Below, piece by piece: positions 29,008-41,719 of a DNA stretch of 64,000 bases (positions within the stretch are counted from its first letter, which is position 1; each line of letters opens with the position of its first letter). The translations under genes and the position numbers were made by a program. The DNA is from Lingula anatina (Eukaryota; Animalia; Brachiopoda), in assembly GCA_051362555.1 (NCBI GenBank), contig CM120641.1:23566401-23630400 (forward strand), given 5' to 3'. Below the pieces are notes generated by a model, which was not told the origin of the DNA, did not search any database, and saw only the letters and a list, made by a program, of their open reading frames with translations.

Positions 29008-30690
29008 ACCATCAACCCATTGGAACTCTCGTGGGCCTATTGTGCATGTAGCCGTCATCATGCGGAAGTAGCAGTGGTGGACACACACACATACATACAC
29101 ACACGCACGCACTCACGCACATGCAGAACGTTGATAATATTATGATGTACGAACAAAACGAAATAAACATGCAACATCCCAAATGTACAGAAAAGTGATT
29201 AAGTAATAGTAAAGGCGGTTATTATATTAAGGAATACACGTGTAACACTGAATACCCCAGTTTTGCAAAACAAAACCAACATGAAAACAATACATTGCAC
29301 TTCATAGAAGACGTTTAGATACCTCTTACGGTTGTATAAACAATACACAACCCAAGAGCAAAAACAGGAAATCCGTCGGTAGTTCCTAATGCTGCGTCTT
29401 TATTGCTCTACGGCTTTCAAGTTAAAGCTGGGATTTATTCAGACATCAGTATGACAACGAGCGTTTCTCGATCTCCTTCCGTGTATATGTCACAAAGGCT
29501 TTTCTAGAAAAAATTGCGAATAGGTTTCGAATCCAGATCAGATGCAGATGCAAGCTGAACAAATACGGAGATAATGTTATGATTGAGGGGGGGGAATAAC
29601 ACTTAGAAATGGATCCCAAGAGGTAATAAAATCGACCGCGAGGTTGACTGGAAGGTCGAGTTCAAATAATTCTAAGAAACCGAATATAAGTCGCTGATAC
29701 ATTCGGATTCGATTGTATCGGCGTAATGATATCAATAACGACAACTGCTTTTCATTCTGATCAATGTCAGCTATAACAACGTATTCAAATTCGCGAGGAA
29801 AGATATACATGGCGTCACGGTTGGAATGATAGTGACACAAACGTAGCTGATCTGTGCAATTTTGTATCATATATTCATGAAAAATAAAGAAAAGAAAAAA
29901 CAAGAAACAGGATTGTTAACAGTGACAAAGATAACTGAGTTTGAACTGACTATAGGGTGAGTAGAAAATCATTGGGCGTTTCTTTATCCTTTCGGTGTAT
30001 TCAGTGACTCGTTATTGGTGGGTTTTCTGGAGTTAAACCCATTGCCACCCATTGCGTGTACCGCTAGAGTCTTTCCGGGATTTTCAGGCCAAATAGAATT
30101 TTCCTCGAGAAAAAGGCGATTTACTCGTACTCACAAATCATAGCTCGACCTTTCCCAATACTTAGATTCCTTTTTTATACCAATTCTAATTAAATGATTC
30201 AGTTCTAAATGCCTAGTCAGAACTTTAGACCGCCGTGTTTTTCTGAATATTTCAGAAGGAAATGTCGACAACAGGTACCTTTATTTGAGCGGTTTTATCG
30301 TTTTTAAGCTCTGAATTGGGAAAGATAAGTACTTTTGCAGGACATGTAGACATAGAAAATATGACTATGATATATCTGTATAGAGCGGGTGCTTGGTGTT
30401 GTATACAGATCTGTGGTATTGTATTGTATCATATCACTGCCATGAGAAGCCTCAGTTTACAGATACTTCTATCATTATGATACAAGAGCAACTTTGACCG
30501 ACCAATAATAGAACTGCCACAAAGAATGAAATATCATGAATTTCCTAGATTTAATTACTTCTTACAGACCAATCCCCGCGTGATCTATCGATTGAAGTTA
30601 TGGAAAATAGGTATCAGTCGATCCAAAATCCAATGCAGGGTTTCGACGCTGGAAATGCTGTAATGGCTTAAGATCAAATGGCATGGATTC

Positions 30691-30727
<37 letters not shown>

Positions 30728-30729
30728 TG

Positions 30730-30764
<35 letters not shown>

Positions 30765-33700
30765 GAGGGAAAGAAAGAGACTACACGTACATGGGCGTGC
30801 ACGTAAAAATAAACCAACGTATACATATGTGACTGTAATATACAAATGTTTTAAAAATACTGTTAAAGTTACCGAAATCATTATCCATCATCTTTTAATT
30901 CTACGTTTACTATCTATACATCACTGCCGTATTTATAATTAAGGCATACCAACACAGGAAAGGATACAAGCCATAACCTCTGGCACATAGTATAACGAGG
31001 AAATTATTAAAATGGCAACCTGATAATGTAGGGTTAATTATCTTGTGGCCAAGAAATGGCCACGTGTCAAAGGTCAGTTAACTAAACATAACATGGTAAT
31101 ATTGCATATTCCACTTTTAATAAAGACAAGCATTGGCAGCAAGTTCTCTCTCTCTCTCTCTCTCATTAAATTCCCTGAAACTGGTAGTCACGACTCCATG
31201 TTACGGCATACACCGATATTTAGAAACTCTTTCTGAAGCATTTTGTTACGCATGCGCTGTAACTACAGGTCAAATCAAAGCACTTGGGTCATACTATCAC
31301 ACCTTTTTAAAGTTTTATTGTTGGCACACCTGAAGGGTAGGAAAACTGCGCAAAATTCGCAGCGTGCATTTTCACATTAATCTTTGCTAACAGCTCTGAA
31401 GCGTCTCATCGCCTCTTCTGTTGCGATTCAAAACCAATCATTTCAGCGATGCAAGTCTCCAGGTAGGAATACACGGGAAGGAAGTTTGGTGAGCAATAAA
31501 ACCCAATAATAAAACGAGGGGTCAAGTACCTGGTTAAATATATCAAATTATCTACTATTACAAATGCTACGCTACATACCCATATGTAGATTGATGCACC
31601 TGGAAACAAATAAAACCGTTAATAAATTTTTATTATGAATGCTTGAAGTCTTAACCTGGCCTAGCATAAGTATGCCCAACCGGCCTCTGATTCACAATTA
31701 GCGTTCCAGATAGAAAGTTATCATAGTAAAAAGGAAAGACAATGAATCCTCGAAACCGGTTCTGCATCTGAAGGCGAAATTAATGGAAGACTCACGGCGA
31801 CAAATTGTGCAGCTCATAGAAACTTTCCTCATTTCCTGAATGTTCGTTCAGCTGGCCCGCATACTTGTTTGATTTTCTAAAGAAACAAATAGTCAAGGGT
31901 TTGAGTAATAGGATAAGATGATTGAATAATCCAAACTTTTTGTGACGACAGGGCACGGCCTGTAAAACGACATGGTGGGGAGGATAATTTAACTCTTCGC
32001 AGCAGTAGAAATAGCATCGTTACATCGACACTTTCTGATTAAAATAAATGAACAAAAACGTATTGCCAAGATGAGATGCCTACTAGAAGTGCCCAAGACA
32101 ATGTTACTTGAAATTAAATGTACCCAATGACAGTCCCCATACGCGTAAATAAGCCAAAACACAATTCCCAAAGTTTTTTTCTCTATCTGTTATGTAACGT
32201 TCTCTAAGGTTCTTAAAAACCTTTCCGATTAGAAAAGTGTTCCTTCCACTATATCTACATGCACATGCATCTTCATGATGATAATGAACCTTTGCAAATT
32301 AATGTGCAATTTGTACTGCCCTTCATAAATTAATCATTCGCTGGAAAATATCATCCAGAGTAAAGGTCGAAACCCTTTGAACCACACTGTCGATATCAAT
32401 CCAAGCGGTTTTAATTGGGATGGCGGCGGGGGAATGGATCGGTCAATCAAAATGGTCGGAGCTTTGTTGGAATGTTAAATTCTAAATAGCTGCTCTCCAA
32501 TGATATGGCAATGGCGTTCCTGCCTTGAAATGTAAATCGTTATATCCAAGGTATGCGTCTATAAATGGGCACATCAGAAGTTACTTGCGATAAATTTCGC
32601 CCCAAAAAGTTCCCAGAAACGAGAAAATTTATTAACTGTTTAATAAGCATTGGGTTCCAATTCGAATAGAGACAGTTTCTCTGGAGGTAAATGCCACGAG
32701 GCTAAAGGCAAATGAACCATCGCTATTTCTAAACTCAAACCCTTCAATATCACTTGTGACACGTATTACATTCAAACCTTTATAGAAATGTGCTCTTACT
32801 GTTACAATGCATGCGTTTTTCTCAAATATATTCCCAACACGCACATGGTCAATTGTAGGCCTACATGTTTATCAACCGGTATATATGTATGTGATTTGTT
32901 AATGCGGACCAATATACGTATGGCTACAGTGCCCTATGCAAATAAGTTCACACAATTCTGTAGTTCGAACACCAAATACTACTGGTCTCTTTTCGGCCAT
33001 AAAATCTGGGTGGAACGTTTTTAATATACCAGATGAGGCTATTACATTATACGCTGTAATGTACATAAGTCTGCATATTTATATCTTTTCAATATCAAAT
33101 GATATCTGGAGGTCTAGAAACATGCTAATCTGCTGTGGATGAACTTTTTCTGGCTTTACCATCTCTCTCTTCACCACTAAGTGCTTCCTACTTGATATAT
33201 ATATATCTGCTGCTTTGCCATCTTTCTTATTTTAGTGATTTGTACTCTAACAGCGTACTTTAACATGTACCGGATCCAGAGATATTTTCTGACAGGCTTC
33301 CAAATTATCTTTATTGATCCATCCCTCTTTTTTGACCGTCTTCCGACAGAAAAAAATAGATACCCGTCTATGAAAACTTGAAAATCTGACCGTCTTCCGG
33401 AAGACCCAGAAGTCGGTGTAAATCCGCCCCTGTGAGTGAGTTTTCAAGCAAATAAGTTATTACTTGGAGACGACGGCCTCTGATTGTGCCCCTACTAGTA
33501 CTTAACGATCCAAGTCAATCTATTCGGCAAATGACAGGAATGTGTCCTTTTATCGTTTCGCGGTACAGCTGTTCAAACCTTAAGCATTGAAAGCTTGTTA
33601 AATTATGCATTTTTAGCAGTTAGACACCTTAAACACCCTATGAAAACGCACTACTACATGTGCAAGTGCTACAAAGACTCTATATAATAGACGTATACGA

Positions 33701-36700
33701 AAACACATAACGTTGGTAACCATGAGCTTAATCACCCGGTGAGAAAAGTGGTTTGTACGTTTTTTTTCTGAGATAATTAGTTTACTTCTTGTGACGATTT
33801 GTTGCTACAAAGGTTAAATGGATTGGCACCCTTTCAATGCCTTGAAAGGCCAACTCTTTGAGGTAAAAGACTACTTTAAAACCAAAACCGCTAAATCTGG
33901 GGACTGCAAATATGTTATTTCAAGTAATAGGATTCAAAACATTCTTTCTGTTCAAATGAAGCCCAGTGTATGGCGTGCACCATACAGTTATCATTTAATA
34001 ACAGGAGAGTAGCAGAGCGTAGAAAGAGGATCCAACGTGAACTTCCGTAGAGTACATACAGTATTGACGGCATCCCTTAAAATTCACAAACTAGCTACGC
34101 TGCCAATCATCCTAGTGATAAAGAAGCAGACAATCCCTGGGCTAGTAAAACGGTTTCACGCTCCTGTAATTAAGAATTATTACAAAAACATCTACACAAG
34201 TTGGCAGAGTTATAAGAGGCATTTTCTCACTAGCTTGTGCCTTGGACGGATTCGTTTTACTTGTGTAAGGTTTTACCTGTAATTTGAGGAAAGATTCCTA
34301 CTAATTGGAACTAAGACTTAAGACACCAGCCAGGCAGCACGATCGTAGAAAGAACGCGGCGTATCTGCAGGAGAGGTACCTCTGCTCTTTCAGCAGCGTC
34401 AACCCTTAAGTCACCCATACATCATAGACATACTGTAAAAGGTCGAATAGAGTGGTTTTAATTGCGCTGTTTGCCCGTTGAAGAACTTTTTTGAAAGGCG
34501 CCCTAGATTCAACAAGACATCAGAGTTCTTCAATCCGGAACTACAAAAGGGCATGTTTGTGAGAGTGTGTGTGCGCGTGTACGTGACCTTCCAGAATAGT
34601 GAATGTGTTTTATACGTGTATCATGGAATGTAATAAATTGAAACCAACTCCATTTCGCTAGCATTTTTCTTGACCCATGGGATCCATGATAAATACTTTA
34701 TGCGCAATTCATACTCGCTATTTCTCTGGCTGCACCGTTAGTTGATTAGTTTTCGAACATCAATTTCCAAATCTGTGGATTTTAGGGATTGAAAGCTAAT
34801 TGCATATCTTTCAATGGATTCAGGTAACCAATAAAACAATGCGAAGGGAGGCTACATGCAATCCAACCTAACAGCACTAAAACAAGGAGAAAAAAATCCG
34901 AGTGCCACAACCTGCAATTTATTCGCAATTTTCAAAATTATCTTTATTCATTTATCTATTTGACCACTATGCAGTACTTTTGCGACAAATACAATGCATA
35001 CATTTCAGACTCTCTGTGTAAAAGGAGCATAGCGCCGCATGTGCCTCTTCGGATAGAAAGATTATTTCAGGCTTAGTGGTCAAATAAAATCGATCAAGTT
35101 TTTGCTGTATAACGGACCGTCTTCTAATGCGAAAGAAACCCATCTGAAAGATTGCCTATACTCCATGGATCGGATTTTGATCGCGTTTTCGATATTTTTT
35201 CTTTAGTGTCCAACTCCAACTTTTCCGTATTCATTCATTTTCAACACAATTTTCGGGATCAATTTTTGAATTTTGTTCGGACTTACTATCTCTCATTGGT
35301 ATGAATATTTGTGCCATGTCTATCTCGACTTTCGATGTTTTATTCAGACTTATTGAAGGTCAACTTGGCACTTTTACTAGTAAATCATATAATGAATACC
35401 ACTCAGCAAAGGCCTTCCTTGGCTCTTCATAGGATCATTTGGTCCTGTATGCTACTCAATCATAATTTTGACCAGATATTAAAACCAAACAATGTACAGG
35501 TGTGCTCATTGTAATCATCATAAGTACTACTGTACAACTTATAAAGATGTTGAACATCGAATTATCCTGAGTACATGTAAATTGCCATTTGAAATAGTGA
35601 TCATATCTTATCCTTTTGCTCATTTTTGAAACGTCATATTAAAAAAAAATTGCCTTATAACAAATTCTTATATTCTTTCTTTAACTGCAAGAGTTACTTA
35701 TCAACAAAAAATACTGGTATTGATTCATTAATTTTACATATTCCATTCTGAAATTCCCTCGACTAAATTTGCTACCAGTAGATTACGTAATCAATTTTAG
35801 GCCACAGTTTTGCTCGCGGAACATTTGAGCGGCTGTTCACTGACCCAGATCGAGGTTGGCCACAGGGGTACCTCAGATGTGTCACTTCTGGGGGATTTGT
35901 GTAGAAATGATAAAAATAATCATTAACGTGAAATATTCTCAACCGCATTAGAGTCGACAAACTACCTCTCAGATTGGCAGACTGCGTCCCAGTGGTGGTT
36001 GATGGAGAATACAGATAGCTTACAGCAAAGTTCATTGTACAATGTACATATACATGTACTTTTGTATAGCCCTGTTCTTAGTAAAATGGATGTGCTTTAC
36101 ACTGGAGTAAATACCAGACTGAACTTTTAATACAGGAAAATTCAGGCAAAATGGCGGTCAACTGCCCATAAACAGGTTATTTTTAATTCAAGAAATATGA
36201 TGAATGGCCTCTGATAACATACAGTATAATGTAGCAAAACTGTCCATCTTAAATGACTACCCCCTTCCCTCACATCCCTTCTCATCCAACTAAAATGGTT
36301 GCAGTGCCAGGCAATTTCGTATTGATTTCTCAATACATATTTCAAAATTTAGTACTGAAAATCTCTGAAACTGCAATGAGTACAAAATCGATCAATATAA
36401 CTAACATTTGTTAAGCGATCCCCATCCATACTAACTAAAATTAGCTGATCTTTTGAGGAGAGCACGTTATTATACAAAGCTATATTGTCTAAACGGTTCA
36501 AACCTTTATTTTAGATGAAAGTTAGATGGCGGACGTCAAACCTGGAATGTGGATGGACAAAAAGAGACTCAATAGAATGCGTTGATGTATATCATTCGTG
36601 ACGATGCTTAACCGATGTTTTCTCATATTGTCGTATAGAGTAGTAGTGATAATGTCCTACGAGTTCTAAACGGGGGAAGTACAACATCCCTTCATCTCTC

Positions 36701-36722
36701 TCTCTCTCTCTCTCTCGTACGT

Positions 36723-36773
<51 letters not shown>

Positions 36774-39700
36774 GGAAAAGTAACATGATTAGCAATCACA
36801 TGACGAATTAGTAACTCTCATGTCAAGCACACACAAACACACTTGCGCGCGCGTATCTGTAGTGGAGCTGCAATGCGTCGGCAAAGAAACCAAACGGGCT
36901 TCATGATCCGATTTCGTGAGTGTCATCACAGAAACCTGCCGCGAAATATATTTTCTATCTGCGCATATTATGTTATACATTTCAGTTATCAGACCACCGT
37001 TCTCTAGTTTATTGTCACTTGGGAGCTAATAAAACTCCCATTCAACACTAGTGAAAGTGTCAATATAGCCCTCCTCTCGAAGTTAAATATAATATAACGT
37101 GCCAGTATTGATCGGAACAGATAGAAACTTAACTCCTAGTTCTATAGGAAATTGTTTTATCCAAGGCCTACCTTCTGGGATATGAAAAGTTGAGTTTTAG
37201 TAACGCAATTAGCTTATAAGGTACATGGCCTGAGGTTTGGTATGCGCCTTTGCTTGCATGTTATCAACTTACGGTATTCCTGGTTTATTGTTGTTTTATT
37301 GTCCCTAATAATAAGTGTTCTAGACTTAGACGTATAGTTTCCACATAATCGAAATAGATCATAATGGCAAGCGGTATGATGGATTGCAATAGCTCATATC
37401 GCAGACAAATGAATTCCTAATTTGGCCGATAATATAAGTAAGTACATGTATAGGCCTACTGTATATCAATGAGACAAAACAATACAAAGTTCATGAGCTT
37501 CATAAATTAAATAAAAGTTTCGTGTGTTAAACTACTGTTGCTATTGGTAAAAAAATGTCAAATACCACAATGTACAATTATGACTCTTATTCCAAAATGA
37601 AAAAGCAAATGTCAGAAGCGCTAAGGCATCAATAATGGTAAGAACTGAGGATGGCGTACATATTTCGGACGTATTCCCACCATATATATAGCAAATAAAC
37701 TATTTCGATGAATAATCTCTTTCATCGACTAAAAGTGTACACGATTGAGCACGTTTTGGATACCACTTAGACGTTTGTGTTTCTGGTGATGAACCAACAA
37801 AGAGCGAGTAAATTCTAACAATACAAAAAACCTGTTACGTTATGCGTTTTGCGGGGTATTGCCAGTATGAATAATCTGGAAAGCATACTAAACTCCTTCA
37901 TATCATAACTAGCGATATTTTACATCAATAACCTCTTATTCGGTAAGTTCCGGAGCAACATTCACGAGAGGACACCGCTTTTAATGAAAACCAACAAGGC
38001 CAACCCGGGCGGCCATCAGCATGGTGTGCGGCTGCATGAAGGTTAGGACTGATAAGAGGACAGATAGTAATGATGGGATATGAGATAGGCGATAAACAAG
38101 TACTTGACGTGGGCGATAGCATGCCAATCCAATTGCTTGGCTTATTGTCAGTTAATAAAATAGGCTGACATAATATGAATCTCAGTGACAGTTTTGCTAT
38201 ACAATTTGGAGTCCCACTCCAAACATATTAGTTAACTGAAGACAAAACAGACAAATATCATTTAAGTACTATCGAGGTTATAGACTGTCTGTGAAATTTG
38301 CGTTAGAGATAATGGCCATGATACGTGTAATTAATGTTAAAAACTTGGTAATTTACTCGAATAATAAAGGCTATGATCAGATACTAGTTCCAGTTTGTGA
38401 AATGTGGCATTCATACAGGAAGCAGAACCCAAATCACGTGGACCGTTGGCCGCCATGTTTAACACTTCGTTTATCAACAAAGTCAAAACGTTTAAAATGC
38501 TGCGATTTCTCGTAAATATTGACCTTACATCTTCGACAAGCCTTAATGTATTCTAACTAAGAATAAGCAGCAAAAATCTATACCGGTATAAAAAAAACCA
38601 TAAGCAAACCATTTGAAGTGAGAACAAGAATAGCCAAGTTGCTAAAAAGCGGTCGTCTGCGGTAAACTCGAAATGGCAGAGGCATGCAAACAGGGGAGTT
38701 TCCAATGTCCCCTGAAAATCACCTAAACTACATGGTATACCGTCTCTGCATAATAAAACCACGAAGATGACTTTTAAAAAATTATACATACCGCATTTGT
38801 TTTGTCGTGTGTTAGGCTATGTGGTGCAGGTAGGGTACCCTGGACGTCGCTGTGTATGAACATTATTATCTACTAATATGTTACATATACATATAAAACA
38901 TCCAAAATGATAGGAATCGCCTATATACTAAAGCTGAAACCAGTGTCCTGGAGCCTAAAGAAAACTTTGAGACACTACAAAAATATCCCTAAATAAAAAA
39001 ACGGTCTCCTTGGAATATAAGACTAAATGCGATGCAGAAAACTACTCTTTATTAACTATATCTGAATTGGAAATGCAAATAAATTCTAGATAGATTTAGA
39101 ATCGAGTCACAAGAACAAAAAATCCAAAGGGCAAGATCCCAAAAGCCATTTCTGTCCCCATCCCAGAGAGATCAAAATGCGTAAACTGATGAAATGCAGT
39201 TTTACATGTACTTGAATGTCAACAATATGAACAGTGTAGACAATCAATAAAACGTAACAAAACTTTCACTAAATGCCCAAGCAACCATTTTTTTTAGATT
39301 TGATACGATGTCAACGTTTGTATACGTGGCATGATTCTAATAAAATACACAGCCATATATGCGAGCGCGCACGCTCACTAGTAGGGACGTATGCACACAT
39401 ACGTTGAAACTAATTATCTTTCACATAGAACCTGTACATAGTGAGTTTCCAAAAGCAATAATTGTGCATTGTTCTATTGATTAAAGCCCCTGCATTTTGC
39501 CGCTAAACCGGCACAGGCCTTTGCGCATCGTAGCACATACTATTGCTTACTTCCTAAGAATCTTTGTTTGACGGCGTTCCTGGGAAATTCGGCCAATGTA
39601 ACACTTTTGCATTTGATGAAAGTAAATTTTCACTTTGTTATCCTTTGACAAATGCGCGAACTAGTAAACTAATGGGATTTTCTTCCTGTTGGTAATTTGA

Positions 39701-39920
39701 TTGGGTCGGTTATCAGTGCGGTGACCACTGTCAAGTGGTGACCCTTCCGTAAAAGTGCAGTGGCTTAATCTGTTAATGGACATTCAGAAACATGACGCTT
39801 AGTGGTCAATAAAAAACGCGGTTTATATGGTGGTCTTTTTACTTGATACAGTGCATGTTGGATGATTATATTTGCATTCACGTGCGGTTTTAAGTTATAT
39901 ATATGCACGTTATATACACG

Positions 39921-39973
<53 letters not shown>

Positions 39974-41719
39974 ACATGCTATCGCTAAACTACAGATACT
40001 ACTACAGGTTCACGTCTGTATATTAGACCCCATACGAACACATAACCATGTGGTGTAGTTTACAACATGTAAGTTGTTGCAATATTAAATCCAGTTCGAA
40101 TAACCATTAATTCCTGCAATGAATAATTTAATCAACTAGAAATTACGTAAAGAAGACATGGTTATATGGTTGACGTGCGTGGCATCGGTTTATACACGCT
40201 AGCTGTAATGAAAACTACGGCATTTCGTGATCCACTCTGGTTTAAGTTCAGGGCTTTAGATTGGTAATCTGTCAGCTACATTACCAACCCCGATGAAAGG
40301 AACATTCAAACACTGCATTAAATTGAGGAAAATGCATCGATAAAATATGCCCTGGAATATAACGATATATAACCTTTAAAAAACATTCATCGGAAGCCCG
40401 GCCATCATCAAGTCAACATGAATTAAGTGCCTAGAATTTAGGCTTAAATCTGTATTTTTGCAATACCAGAGTCTCGTGGTGAAAAAGCATTTATAAAAGG
40501 CTCCGGTGAAACCACACTGTCAGACAATAATACATCCATTGAGCCTACAATATTAGCCCTGATTGATATCGCTGCGGGTTTAATATACCATCTACAGGAG
40601 TAGTATTGCTTTCCACTTATAAATGCAGTAAGCAACGCCTATATGTAGGCTGTTCGCGAAAACGCTCGCGTCAGTGACATATCAATTCTGCCTAAGACGA
40701 TAATGATCTGTATACGCATTTCTAGATAATCTGAGATCTACCCCTATCAAATCAAGGTAAATTAATGTAAAAATAGCTATGTTAATTTCTTGGGGCTTCG
40801 TGCGCTACCGATGTTGATTCTTTTATTTTTTTATTGAAATGTTCAAATTAATTTAGTTTACTTACTTGAATTTTGTCTTTTCTGTCCGAGTGGAAATGAG
40901 GCCAAAAAACGGCACTGAATACGTAATAAGCCAACTGCCGTGTTTGCTGTTGCTGCAATTATAATACGGCAGCGACCATTTCCCAGACTCCCTTGTGGTC
41001 AACACTGGGGCGGTGGTGGACTCATGTGGTAAAAATAAATAAGAGAAATTGTCTTGCTTCTGTGTCAAGAACCATCTCTCAGTGTTTTGAGGGTAGCTGT
41101 ATGACGGTGTGCAATTTCTAACATGTGTTACAACTCTGGTATGGGTACTTGTGTTTTTATATGCATCATATTTACATCCTAAAATGCTTTTTTGGTCATC
41201 TGTATCAAACCATAGACTACAAGCATGTATAGAACTGTCTCCACTCACTACTGACTTTACCAATGAAATATAGAACTCTTTCTCAGCTTCCCATTCCGCT
41301 TGTATGGAACGGGGGTTTTGTAGAAGATCGTTCAGAATATTAGCAACTGTCAAAGCAGTTTGTGTTTGTGACTGAAACCCAGTATATGCTGATGTTGACG
41401 GTCGATATAAAAAACCATCAAGATTCGCGTTCAAGCAGTTACTATCGTCTGCTCTTTCATTTATGCTATCTATATATTCCAACAACGCCGTGGCTTGATC
41501 TAAATCATTGGGAAGCTCCGGTGAATTTGACACCATATTAGAAGCCAGAGCTGGGTTTTCTACAATTCCTCTTAGGTCTCTCGTGTTAAGGGTCCTTCCT
41601 GAATATCCTATGAAATGCGTTGACGAGGCTGCGATCACTGTGAGTGAATCGTGGATAACGCAAGTCAACCAAACCAAGTGAATATGGAAAACGAACAACA
41701 TTTCCGTCGCAGCCCTCAT
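14273..41719 (-). CDS. GPR158: GPR158/GPR179-like class C orphan G-protein-coupled receptor (signal peptide, Cache domain, Cys-rich/EGF-like region, 7TM, C-terminal coiled coil); ~826 aa
   Basis: Ten phase-consistent GT-AG exons: 41719-40866, 21063-20955, 19228-18884, 18624-18556, 18121-18012, 17741-17506, 15892-15754, 15454-15349, 15053-14904, 14635-14273 (2481 nt). Family motifs: WSLPYYNC..WLITYSVPF, KGVVAIHIDLQRHDINQC..FSGTNRC, CIPIPGRGFSVGAYKCQCKKGYYFP, PWFREVGFAIVFGALILKIYR, FAETRYISWAIYNE, LHPDY, MDPEEIKGELKRLYTQLQIFK..DNPH. The symbol is family-level; orthology to GPR158 versus GPR179 is not resolved. Confidence 0.92.
16071..16145 (-). mobile_element. Possible 3' tail remnant of a LINE/SINE: stem-loop plus hexamer tail
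   Basis: (AAGTAT)5 at 16071-16100 lies next to the hairpin ATGTCTT-AC-AAGACAT (16123-16138). On the minus strand this reads stem-loop then short tandem tail, as in CR1/L2-type 3' ends. Confidence 0.35.
16275..16784 (+). mobile_element. Non-autonomous Helentron-associated element (HINE / pearl-CvA-like) in GPR158-like intron 6
   Basis: Starts AAACAAG plus a mini-hairpin (GGCAGC-AAA-GCTGTC); sub-terminal ATGTACAGACA at 16298-16308. About 2.2 copies of a 161-bp repeat (registers 16351, 16512, 16673), then a GAC/GGC microsatellite, the palindrome TATGTACAGACAC-ATCT-GTGTCTGTACATA (16751-16780) and an A-run. Confidence 0.75.
19598..19892. repeat. Degenerate ~50-bp minisatellite (~6 units)
   Basis: Recurring ACGGG(G)CC...GGCATGTGGCATGTGAAATATCA. 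The identical core CATGTGGCATGTGAAATATCA occurs at 19668 and 19817, 149 bp (about 3 units) apart. Confidence 0.75.
23671..23710 (+). mobile_element. piggyBac-like left terminus
   Basis: TTAA followed by CCCT, then the sub-terminal palindrome GGGTCGT-TT-ACGACCC (23693-23708). No matching right end was found. Confidence 0.3.
28973..29004. repeat. (CT)n microsatellite
   Basis: Directly visible. Confidence 0.9.
30694..30765. repeat. Compound (CT)n(GT)n microsatellite
   Basis: Directly visible. Confidence 0.95.
33264..33432. mobile_element. Degenerate MITE-like element
   Basis: Right end TAAATCCGCCCCTG (reverse CAGGGGCGGATTTA, a common invertebrate MITE terminus); decayed left end CATGTACCGGATCCAG; internal direct repeat TGACCGTCTTCCG twice. 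Confidence 0.4.
36695..36769. repeat. Inverted (TC)n-spacer-(AG)n microsatellite
   Basis: (TC)11, a 10-nt spacer GTACGTAAAC, then (AG)~21. Confidence 0.95.
39922..39969. repeat. (TA)n microsatellite
   Basis: Directly visible. Confidence 0.95.

Larger units (their letters stand above)
21064..40865 (-). other. First intron (19.8 kb, phase 2) of the GPR158-like gene
   Basis: Donor TTCAA|GTAAG at 40866/40865 and acceptor atttcAG|G at 21064/21063 rebuild the conserved F-K-G-V-V junction. No convincing nested gene is seen. Confidence 0.8.

Noticed and set aside
29523-29534. B-box-like GGTTTCGAATCC (tRNA/SINE)
   Set aside because: No A-box or cloverleaf nearby.
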